From: Candidatus Melainabacteria bacterium 17Bon1m
Lineage (GTDB): Bacteria > Cyanobacteriota > Vampirovibrionia > Obscuribacterales > Obscuribacteraceae
Reading direction: 5' to 3'
DNA: 64,000 bases
Assembly: GCA_032128875.1 (NCBI GenBank)
Contig: JAVLKG010000006.1
Span: 128,001 to 192,000, forward strand
Shown: positions 1 to 8,654 of the stretch, one piece after another
How positions within the stretch are numbered: position 1 is the stretch's first letter
Layout of the letters: each line of letters begins with the position of its first letter
The notes under the pieces: model-generated
Databases searched by the model: none
Told to the model about the DNA's origin: nothing
Seen by the model: the letters and a program-made list of their open reading frames with translations, nothing else
Position numbers and translations under genes: made by a program

Positions 1-182
1 CCCTGGTTCTAAAAATCAGTAAACTAGAAGCCGCTGCTTGCCGCGTTTTATCTAAACTTTACGGATGGCAAGGTGGCGTGGCAGGGTTGTCTAATTCCGG
101 CTATCATTCTTACCTGATGGATCGTTTGGGCAAAGAACCACACGCGCGCGGCAGCTGCGCGCCTATTCAGCACTGAGGAAAC

Positions 183-3100
183 ATGGCTACCCAAGGAAAA
201 CTCTTGAAAAAAGGCAGCGCTTCAACGAAGTCAAACAAGTCAAACGGCAAGAGCGCCGGCAAAACCACAGGCAAAGCCGCAGTCAAAGAAGCCGGCAAAA
301 TTAGCACTAAGACAGCCAAAACCGCCGCCATTACGATCAAGACGGTCGGGGTCAAGAAGGATACTAAAGGCAAAAACGGCTCCCATGGCAAAGCTGACGC
401 AGCCTATGACGTAGCCAGCGACAGAAATTCGACCGAAAAGAGCGTGAAAGTTAAAAACCTAACTTGCAGTATATACACAGAAGACGCTACATTCACTGTC
501 GACCAATCGAAAGAATTCAGCCCTTTTGGTGAAACACGCAAAGTCGATATGAGCGACAAAATTACCGTTCGTGGTGCCAGACAGCACAACCTCAAAAATA
601 TTGGCATCGATATACCGAAGAACAAGCTCGTCGTAGTCACCGGCGTCAGCGGCTCCGGAAAGTCTTCATTGGCATTCGATACGATTTTTGCTGAAGGACA
701 AAGACGTTATGTCGAGTCATTGTCAGCATACGCGCGCCAATTCCTCGGCCAGTTGGACAAACCTGATGTCGATGCCATCGAAGGTTTATCACCGGCAATT
801 TCTATTGACCAAAAATCGACCAGCCACAACCCGCGCTCGACGGTCGGCACAGTCACAGAAATCTATGACTACATGCGTCTTCTCTACGCACGCACAGGGA
901 TTCCTCACTGTCCGGAATGCGACAGCTTGATCAATCCGCAAACGATCGACCAAATCGTAGATCAAGTCTTGGCTCTTCCTGAAGGCACCAAGATTCAAAT
1001 ACTTGCTCCCATTGTCAGCGGACGAAAGGGCGAGTATCAGTCGCTTTTCGATGACTTGCGCAAAGAGGGTTTTGTGCGTATTCGCATCGATGGCGAAACC
1101 CTTCAATTGGAAGACGAGATCAAGCTCGATAAAAACAAAAAACATAACATCGAACTGGTCATCGACCGTTTGGTTGTTCGCTCGACCATCCAGTCGAGAC
1201 TGGCTGATTCGCTGGCTCTTGCCCTCAAATGGGGTAAATCAATTGCGCTTGTCGATATGGGTGAGAGGCAATTGTTGTTTTCGGAAAAACTGGCTTGTGC
1301 GAATTGCAATGTCAGCTTTCAGGAGATTTCTCCGCGTATCTTTTCCTTCAACAGCCCCTATGGAGCTTGCCCTGACTGCCATGGCCTTGGTTCTACCTTT
1401 GAGGTAAACCCGCGCCTGGTGGTTCCGGATCCTAAAAAGTCTTTGAGTGAAGGCGCTGTATATCCGTGGGCGAAAACTAGCAATCCGTATTACGAGCAAA
1501 TTCTCGAATCCGTTGCAAAACACTTCAAATTCTCTATGAAGGTGCCGTTTTCAGAATTAAGCAAAGCGCATCAAGAAATTATTTTGTACGGTACCGGCGA
1601 AGAGAGAATAAAACTTCGGCACGAATCTTATGATGCCCGCGAAATGTGGGAATACAAAAAACCTTTCGAAGGTATTATCAACAACCTCAAGCGCCGTCAT
1701 GAAGAGTCGCAATCAGACCGCGTTCGCCAGGAAATCGAAAACTACATGACGCAATTGCCCTGCACCAAATGCGATGGTGCTCGCTTGCGCAAGGAAAGTT
1801 TGTCGGTAAAAGTAGGCGGACTTTCGATTGCTACCGTATGCCGTTTGTCTGTTGCCAAAGCGATTCAGTTTTTCACCGACTTACCTGACAAAATGAGCGA
1901 TCGCAATCGAACGATTGCGCATCAGGTTTTGATCGAAATCGGCTCTAGATTGCGTTTTCTCTCAAACGTCGGTCTCGATTACCTGACACTGGAAAGACAA
2001 GCGAATACTCTTTCCGGCGGGGAAGCGCAGCGCATCAGATTGGCGACCCAGATAGGTTCTGGACTGTCCGGGGTTCTCTATGTACTGGACGAACCATCTG
2101 TCGGTCTGCACCAGAGAGACAATAATCGATTGATTACGACCTTGCAGCATTTGCGTGACCTGGGCAACACGCTCCTGGTTGTAGAGCACGATGAAGACAC
2201 AATTAGGCAAGCTGATTGGATCATCGATATTGGTCCGGGTGCTGGTGTCCACGGTGGCTATCTGGTGGCGGAAGGCGGTATGGATGACATCTGCAATGCA
2301 CTGGATTCCAAAACCGGCGCCTATCTTTCTGGTCGCAAGCGCATCGAAGTACCGCGCAAGCGCAGAGCAGGCAACGGCAATCTGATGAAGATTGTCGGCG
2401 CGCGGCAGAACAACCTGAAGGGAGTCAATGTCGATATTCCGCTCGGTAAGTTCGTCGTCGTAACAGGGGTGAGCGGGTCAGGCAAATCGACGCTCGTAAA
2501 TGATTTGATTTACGAATACATGCGTCACTACTTGCATGGAACTGTTGCTAAGCCGGCAGGCATCAACAAAATCGAAGGGCTCGATCCCATCGACAAAGTA
2601 ATCGACATCGACCAGTCACCGATTGGACGCACCCCGCGTTCTAACCCTGCAACTTACACCGGCTTGTTCGATGTAATTCGCGAAGTTTTCTCCATGACCA
2701 ACGAAGCCAAAGCCAGAGGCTATTTGCCTGGACGTTTTTCCTTCAATGTCAAAGGTGGACGCTGCGAAGCTTGCGGCGGCGAAGGCATGAACGAAATCGA
2801 GATGAATTTCTTGCCGTCGGTTTTCGTCAACTGCGAAGTCTGCAAAGGCGCAAGATACAATCGCGAGACACTGGAAGTGAAGTTTAAGTCTCGCTCTATC
2901 GCTGAAGTTCTAGAAATGACTGTTGAGGAAGCGCTCGAATTTTTCTCGAACATTCCAAAGGCAGTCACGAAGTTGACCACAATGATGGATGTCGGGCTCG
3001 ACTATATTAAGCTAGGTCAGCCTGCCACCACTCTTTCTGGTGGCGAAGCCCAGCGCGTAAAACTGGCTGAGCAGCTCTCGAAGCGCTCCACCGGCAGAAC

Positions 3101-3389
3101 ACTCTACATTTTGGATGAGCCGACAACCGGACTCTCATTCGCTGATGTGGACAAACTCTTGCAAGTGCTCAACCGGCTTGTAGACGGCGGCAACACCGTG
3201 CTCATCATCGAACACAACCTTGACGTCATTAAGCAAGCCGATTGGCTGATAGACCTCGGTCCTGAAGGCGGAGAATATGGCGGAACCATTGTCGCTGAAG
3301 GGACACCAGAGGATGTTGCTCAAGTGAAGGGGTCTTATACGGGACAATTCCTGCAACAAGTGCTCAAAGCGGCGAAGGCGATGGCTTGA
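183..3389 (+). CDS. uvrA: Excinuclease ABC subunit A; conserved part starts at 549 ([17 protein letters not shown]), with a possible 122-aa Lys-rich N-terminal extension
   Basis: Two Walker A motifs (GVSGSGKS), two LSGGEAQR signatures, Zn-finger CxxC motifs, canonical UvrA N-terminus. Confidence 0.98.
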   Translation: MATQGKLLKKGSASTKSNKSNGKSAGKTTGKAAVKEAGKISTKTAKTAAITIKTVGVKKDTKGKNGSHGKADAAYDVASDRNSTEKSVKVKNLTCSIYTEDATFTVDQSKEFSPFGETRKVDMSDKITVRGARQHNLKNIGIDIPKNKLVVVTGVSGSGKSSLAFDTIFAEGQRRYVESLSAYARQFLGQLDKPDVDAIEGLSPAISIDQKSTSHNPRSTVGTVTEIYDYMRLLYARTGIPHCPECDSLINPQTIDQIVDQVLALPEGTKIQILAPIVSGRKGEYQSLFDDLRKEGFVRIRIDGETLQLEDEIKLDKNKKHNIELVIDRLVVRSTIQSRLADSLALALKWGKSIALVDMGERQLLFSEKLACANCNVSFQEISPRIFSFNSPYGACPDCHGLGSTFEVNPRLVVPDPKKSLSEGAVYPWAKTSNPYYEQILESVAKHFKFSMKVPFSELSKAHQEIILYGTGEERIKLRHESYDAREMWEYKKPFEGIINNLKRRHEESQSDRVRQEIENYMTQLPCTKCDGARLRKESLSVKVGGLSIATVCRLSVAKAIQFFTDLPDKMSDRNRTIAHQVLIEIGSRLRFLSNVGLDYLTLERQANTLSGGEAQRIRLATQIGSGLSGVLYVLDEPSVGLHQRDNNRLITTLQHLRDLGNTLLVVEHDEDTIRQADWIIDIGPGAGVHGGYLVAEGGMDDICNALDSKTGAYLSGRKRIEVPRKRRAGNGNLMKIVGARQNNLKGVNVDIPLGKFVVVTGVSGSGKSTLVNDLIYEYMRHYLHGTVAKPAGINKIEGLDPIDKVIDIDQSPIGRTPRSNPATYTGLFDVIREVFSMTNEAKARGYLPGRFSFNVKGGRCEACGGEGMNEIEMNFLPSVFVNCEVCKGARYNRETLEVKFKSRSIAEVLEMTVEEALEFFSNIPKAVTKLTTMMDVGLDYIKLGQPATTLSGGEAQRVKLAEQLSKRSTGRTLYILDEPTTGLSFADVDKLLQVLNRLVDGGNTVLIIEHNLDVIKQADWLIDLGPEGGEYGGTIVAEGTPEDVAQVKGSYTGQFLQQVLKAAKAMA

Positions 3390-3511
3390 GGCTTTGCCGA
3401 TTGTTTTGCCCGACACTCTTTGCATTTATAAGCACACCTACAAAAAATTGGCGTAATACCTACTTCTTAACTTCTGCCAAGAATGTTATTCTTGCCAATT
3501 GAGTCGCCTCT

Positions 3512-4096
3512 ATGGACTTTCAGGACAGGCTCGATGGAAAAATCGTGAGCGAAGAAGTCAAACAACCAGGCCCGGCCGATCCGGTTTTTGAGAGCCTGCG
3601 TAAGCGTGGTCATCGCATCACGACGCAGCGCGAGACTATCTTGCAAATTTTCCGCGAGCAGGCTCACGGACATCACCTGTCGGCAGAAGAACTGCATTCG
3701 CTGCTCTTGGAGAAGGGCTCCAATGTGAGTTTGGCGACTGCTTACCGTACGTTAAAACTGTTGTCGTCGCTCGGGCTGCTTCGCGAATTGGATTTCGCAG
3801 AAGGTCACAAGCACTACGAGCTTAAGCAAGATACTCTGCCGCACCAGCATATTATCTGCATAGGTTGCAATGTCACCATTGAATTCGAAGATCACTTTCT
3901 TGAGGAAGCTGGTCAAAAAATCGGTGCCAGACACAATTTCGAAGTCATTGACGCTCAATTCAAGATTTTTGGGCTCTGCCCCACTTGCAAGGAAACACAG
4001 AAGAAGTCCGGACAAATGCCTTCTCGTATGCAGTCCGAGCGTGAGCGGCTTAGGGCTGGAAGACGTCTTAAAGACGGCTCCGGCGACAAAGCGTAA
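3512..4096 (+). CDS. fur: Ferric uptake regulator (cyanobacterial FurA-like)
   Basis: HLSAEEL...SLATAYRTLKLL...ELDFAEGHKHYEL, HQHIICIGC and GLCPTC Zn motifs. Confidence 0.93.
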   Translation: MDFQDRLDGKIVSEEVKQPGPADPVFESLRKRGHRITTQRETILQIFREQAHGHHLSAEELHSLLLEKGSNVSLATAYRTLKLLSSLGLLRELDFAEGHKHYELKQDTLPHQHIICIGCNVTIEFEDHFLEEAGQKIGARHNFEVIDAQFKIFGLCPTCKETQKKSGQMPSRMQSERERLRAGRRLKDGSGDKA

Positions 4097-4123
4097 AATT
4101 TGCAAGAGTTGAAGAGCTGAATT

Positions 4124-4363
4124 ATGGATCTGGAAGGAAAAACTCTCACTTTGTCCGAAGCCAAGCAAGGACAGAAACTTATGGTCGTAAACACCATCGG
4201 CGAAGAGATAACCATGCAGGCGCTGCGCTTCGGCATATCGGAAGGTGCAGAGCTGACGGTCGAGAAGAGTATCAAGGGTGGACCGGTCATTGTCGTTCGC
4301 AATCACCTGGAGATTGCCATTGGACGGGCACTGGCAGAAGCCATAGAAGTCAAATATCTCTAA
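4124..4363 (+). CDS. feoA: FeoA-family ferrous iron transport protein A
   Basis: 79 aa; LRFGISEGAELTV...GGPVIV...IAIGRALAEAIEV pattern; directly after fur. Confidence 0.88.
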   Translation: MDLEGKTLTLSEAKQGQKLMVVNTIGEEITMQALRFGISEGAELTVEKSIKGGPVIVVRNHLEIAIGRALAEAIEVKYL

Positions 4364-4370
4364 GGATGGC

Positions 4371-4700
4371 ATGTGCAAGATGTCCGAGTCCGGAAAAGCT
4401 AAAACCAGCGACATACCGTTTGTTCTCAAAAAGGAGATCGCTTGTCCTCATTGCAACCTCATCATTGAAGTGCCGCCCGGCGGACTTTTGAGTCGCAGTT
4501 GCGCTCGCTGTAACGGGCAGCTGCCGGAGACGGATGTTTGCAGTTCTAGCGGTTCGAGCTGCTTCAGCTGCTTGAAAGCTGTGGGGGCATCCAGCACGCC
4601 TTGCCATGAAGACGGAGCAGAGAACCCCTTGAATAGTGAGGAAAGCTCGTTAAATGTGGTACAGAGAATTTGGAATTACGTCACACGGCGTTCTTCGTAG
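4371..4700 (+). CDS. Small Cys-rich putative metal-binding protein
   Basis: CPHC, CARC, C-x6-CFSC; starts 7 nt after feoA with AGGA upstream. Confidence 0.6.
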   Translation: MCKMSESGKAKTSDIPFVLKKEIACPHCNLIIEVPPGGLLSRSCARCNGQLPETDVCSSSGSSCFSCLKAVGASSTPCHEDGAENPLNSEESSLNVVQRIWNYVTRRSS

Positions 4701-4882
4701 TGATGCTGTGATGCCTGCAAAGCTCCGTTTGGCGCGGTTGTCCTGTAAGATAAGACTTGAAACCCTCTCGTGCGAGGAACGAGATCGCTGAACGCGAGCA
4801 AAGCGGTTAGCCTGTCATAAATTCAGCCCTTTGCGCAACGACCTCGCGCCTGGCGCGAAAAAAAAGGAAGCATAGGCTCTCA

Positions 4883-5950
4883 ATGAGCAAGCCACTCAAT
4901 CCCTGGAAACTCTCTGGATATAAGCCCGGTCAGAACGTGGTCTGCAGGATCATGAATGCTGAGCCGGGTGGATATGCAGTGCTTATTCCTAAGGATAATC
5001 TGCCGGGGTTTCTTCCTACCCAGGAGCGCTTGCGCCTGGGGGACGAAGTTTTAGCCACTTTCGTGTGCGTTCACAATAACCGTATCCTTCTTTCCGCGCG
5101 CTTCTCGACCAGCAATCAGGCAGTTCAAGGCGCCCCCTCGACCCAAACAGTCAAGTGGGAAGAACAACTCGACAGCATCAACCAGGCGCCCGATCCTAAC
5201 CAGCCTCAACAACCTGGACCAGACGCTGACCAGGCTTTCAGCATTTGGGCTTCTCAGCAACCAACCCGTAAGTTCCATTTAAAACGCGCCATTGACCTGA
5301 TTTTGCCGCCGATCCATGTGGACAGCCTCAATCAATTCAAAATCGCCGATTATGACTTGGAATGGTTAATCACCGACCTTGAAGGTGGAATGCGCACAGG
5401 GTGCGTCAAAGCTTCGTCTGAAGACCGCCTCTCGCGCGCTGCGATGCTTCTCTATCGCGGACGCGCCGTCGGCTGCATTTACGGCTGCAAGTCCATGCCC
5501 GATACGTTGCCGACCGAGCAATCTCTTCAAACAATGCTTACCGATTTGTCATTACCAGAGACAAAGGTAATGATTTACGACCTGCCTGAAAATGTCACTC
5601 TGGCAATGTCTGCGCTATTTCTTGGTTATCCTGTGACGCGCTCTGATGATTACGATGCGCGTTCATACATGGACTATATTTGCAGCTGGTTTGAGAGTAA
5701 GGGACAAACAGCTTGCCTGGCAATCTCGTTAAAACAGACAATGGCCACGTGTCTGGTGTTCATCTATAAAGGTCAGTTCTGCGGCGCCTTCTACGTCGAA
5801 GATCAGAAATTTACTCAAGACAAACAGTTCGTCTATGAACTCTTGCGCAATGATCCAAATTCCAGCGTAGAGGCAAGTATCTTGCCCCCTGAGATGACAT
5901 CATCTGCGGTGCGCTTCGGATTTAGTTTGAGCATGGCCCGCAAAGCATAA
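4883..5950 (+). CDS. Hypothetical protein with N-terminal S1/OB-fold-like domain
   Basis: GQNVVCRIMNAEPGGYAVLI...GFLP...LRLGDEVLATFV resembles S1; 355-aa ORF. Confidence 0.7.
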   Translation: MSKPLNPWKLSGYKPGQNVVCRIMNAEPGGYAVLIPKDNLPGFLPTQERLRLGDEVLATFVCVHNNRILLSARFSTSNQAVQGAPSTQTVKWEEQLDSINQAPDPNQPQQPGPDADQAFSIWASQQPTRKFHLKRAIDLILPPIHVDSLNQFKIADYDLEWLITDLEGGMRTGCVKASSEDRLSRAAMLLYRGRAVGCIYGCKSMPDTLPTEQSLQTMLTDLSLPETKVMIYDLPENVTLAMSALFLGYPVTRSDDYDARSYMDYICSWFESKGQTACLAISLKQTMATCLVFIYKGQFCGAFYVEDQKFTQDKQFVYELLRNDPNSSVEASILPPEMTSSAVRFGFSLSMARKA

Positions 5951-6023
5951 TTTTCAAAGCGCTTGTGAAAAGCGCCTGCTTGCCTGCCTGCTTTCTTGCT
6001 TGCGGTTCTTCATTGCTTCATTG

Positions 6024-6060
<37 letters not shown>

Positions 6061-6094
6061 GTCCTGCAACGCTTGCAAAACGTTCATTCCTCCC

Positions 6095-6265
6095 ACAGCG
6101 AAATTCTCGAGTTTTTCGCTGTGCCTTTGTGACCTGAAACTCCCATGTATTGGGATTCTGATTTTGAATTTTACTTTTCAAACTAGAGTACATCGCGTGA
6201 AACATTCACGGGCGCTGTTTTCCCCTATAAACACATACAGCGAAATTCTCGAGAATTTCGCTGTA
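6095..6265. repeat. Pair of 28-30-bp palindromes ACAGCGAAATTC-TCGA-G(A/T)(A/T)TTTCGCTGT
   Basis: Copies at 6095-6122 (imperfect) and 6236-6265 (perfect). Confidence 0.85.
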
Positions 6266-6371
6266 CTTGGTGGAGCTGAAAATTCGCTAGGCGAGTTAGC
6301 TCGCTATTTTGAGCTCAGCTTTAATCACCGGTATTAGCGGGATCAGCTGAAGATGCAGTGTTCAGTTCGAA

Positions 6372-8564
6372 TCAGTCTTGCTGATCGGACTCTTGATCAT
6401 CTGAAGACGGTGCAGCCAGCGTGAGCTGAGTGTACTGCTCCTGATTTGCATCGCTTTCATGCGCGCTTTGTTCTACGTCTTGTCCGTAAGAAGATGATTC
6501 AAACGGCTTTTCGTAGTTGAAAGCGTTGTTTGTGAAAGCGCTTTGGAATGCACTGTCTTCACTTCCGTTGCTGTGTCCATGGGATTCACCATGGTTATCG
6601 GAAGCCTCATGTTGCTCTTCTTCAGGTTTTGCCTTCGGCTTTAGACGATAGATGCCGGTGATCGGGTCGATTTCCGTTGCCGGTTCTTCCTCGACTTCCT
6701 CTACCACTTGTTCTTGATGAACTTCGTTATGTGAGCCGTGCTGGGATTGATCAGATTCTTCGATCAAAGAATCGGAATGCTCCGTAAGCACGGGTCTTTC
6801 GGCATCAGTATCGATAACGAAGATGGTTTCGGTCTCTTCGTGCTCGGTGTCATCGTCATCTGTGCTTGCATCTGAAGATGAGCTTGATTCGCCCATCTCG
6901 TTAAACACGCGCTCTACGGCAGAAATGCTTTCGTCGAGTTCGTGAAAGGCACTGTCGTCTTCGACGAGACTTTCTTCCACAAGAGAAGAAGGCGGAGCGA
7001 AGTTTTCTGTGTGCAGTTCAACAACTTCTTCGCTGTCAACTACCTCTCCTTCAGATTCATCCTCTTCCTCTATGCGGTTGAACGCACCGTGCTTGAGCGC
7101 TTGTTTGCTGTGTTTGTCATCAAGAAGATCATCGGGCACTTGATCGAGAATTTCTTCAGGAACAAATGGCATGGCGTCTTCGAAGCTCTCTTGCGATTCT
7201 TCCACATCGACGGTCGGAACCACACGTCCGCCCATGGCGGTAGCGGCGCGAAGGACAGAGCCACCTCTGTTTTGTGAATTGCGTCTTTGATTTTGACGGC
7301 TGGATTTTGAAGTGTCTTCTTCGGCAGCGCGGAAGGCAATAACTGTCTTATGCGAGCCGTGTCCGATTTCCAGGGTCGGTGTTACACCGATACCATGGCA
7401 GTGCGTGCAATGCACTGTGAAGAGTTCTCGCAAGCTCTGACCTTGTCTTCTGCGAGTCAGCTCAACCAGACCGAGGTCTGACAATTGTCCGATTTGCGGC
7501 TTGGCGCGGTCTTCTTCCAGCGCGCGCTGGAAATTTTCCAACACTTGCTGCTGGTCTTTGCGGCTGTCCATATCGATGAAGTCGACAATTACCATGCCGC
7601 CGATATTGCGCAGCCTGAGCTGTCTTGAAATCTCTTGAGCGGCTTCCAGGTTGGTGCGTCTTACTGTTTCGGCTTGCGTTCTGGACGAAGTAAATCTTCC
7701 AGAGTTGACGTCGATAACGGTCAAAGCTTCTGTCGGCTGGATATTCAAGTGACCGCCGGAAGGCAGTTCGACGCGGTCGGAAAGCGCCGCTTCGATTTCT
7801 CTGTCGACGCCTTTCGAGACAAGCAAGCTGCTGTCGCCGGAGTGAGCCAACACTTTAGTTTGTCTGCTTGCCCAACCTTCCAGGTATTCGGCTGCACGTC
7901 TTTGTCCGTCCGGCGAATCGACGATGATTTCTTGAACATCGTGCGAGTAGGCATCACGGATGACGCGGTAAAGCAAATCTTGGTCGCGATAGATGAGCGC
8001 CGGGCCGATTGCAGCTTCTGCTTCGGATACAACGGTTTGCCATCTGTCCCAGAGCAACTCGAAATCATCGAACAGCTCGTTCTCGTTTTGTCCTTTGGCT
8101 TCGGTTCTGATTATTAGACCGACGCCTGGTGGTTTCATCAAATTGACTGTTGCTTTGAGGCGCGCTCTTTCTCTGGCTTCCGAGATGCGGCGGGAAATTG
8201 AAACCCCACGCTCTTCAGGAACCAATACTAGGAAGCGTCCTGGCAAACTGATCGCTGTCGAGACGCGCGGTCCTTTGTGACCGGTCGGCTCTTTGGTGAT
8301 TTGAACCAGCAATTTTTGCTTCGGCACCAAACGTTCCTTTAAAGGACCTTGTCCAGGAACATCGTTGGCGTGAAGGAAGCCCATTTTGTCTTTGCCAAGA
8401 TTGACGAAGGCAGCATCGATACCGGGCAGGATGTTTTCCACAACCGCCGTGTAAATATCACCCAGGAGCAGTTCGCCACGATTAACGAAGAATTCCACTA
8501 CTCGTTCGTTTTCGAGAATGGCTCCGATATTGTCGTGTTCTGAAATAACTAGTGACCTTTTCAT
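6372..8564 (-). CDS. rne: Ribonuclease E/G with long acidic C-terminal tail
   Basis: GDIY...ILPGIDAAFVNLG S1 region, TEALTVIDVNSG, RLRNIGGMIVVDFIDM, CxxC Zn-link; GAGGAG RBS before ATG at 8564. Confidence 0.95.
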   Translation of the reverse strand: MKRSLVISEHDNIGAILENERVVEFFVNRGELLLGDIYTAVVENILPGIDAAFVNLGKDKMGFLHANDVPGQGPLKERLVPKQKLLVQITKEPTGHKGPRVSTAISLPGRFLVLVPEERGVSISRRISEARERARLKATVNLMKPPGVGLIIRTEAKGQNENELFDDFELLWDRWQTVVSEAEAAIGPALIYRDQDLLYRVIRDAYSHDVQEIIVDSPDGQRRAAEYLEGWASRQTKVLAHSGDSSLLVSKGVDREIEAALSDRVELPSGGHLNIQPTEALTVIDVNSGRFTSSRTQAETVRRTNLEAAQEISRQLRLRNIGGMVIVDFIDMDSRKDQQQVLENFQRALEEDRAKPQIGQLSDLGLVELTRRRQGQSLRELFTVHCTHCHGIGVTPTLEIGHGSHKTVIAFRAAEEDTSKSSRQNQRRNSQNRGGSVLRAATAMGGRVVPTVDVEESQESFEDAMPFVPEEILDQVPDDLLDDKHSKQALKHGAFNRIEEEDESEGEVVDSEEVVELHTENFAPPSSLVEESLVEDDSAFHELDESISAVERVFNEMGESSSSSDASTDDDDTEHEETETIFVIDTDAERPVLTEHSDSLIEESDQSQHGSHNEVHQEQVVEEVEEEPATEIDPITGIYRLKPKAKPEEEQHEASDNHGESHGHSNGSEDSAFQSAFTNNAFNYEKPFESSSYGQDVEQSAHESDANQEQYTQLTLAAPSSDDQESDQQD

Positions 8565-8654
8565 AAGACTCCTCTTTGTCTTGTCTGAAATTTTCGGGGC
8601 GCAGGTGGTGCCAGGCACCGCCTATGGTTTTAAATGTTGGATACCGCCCCGTGT

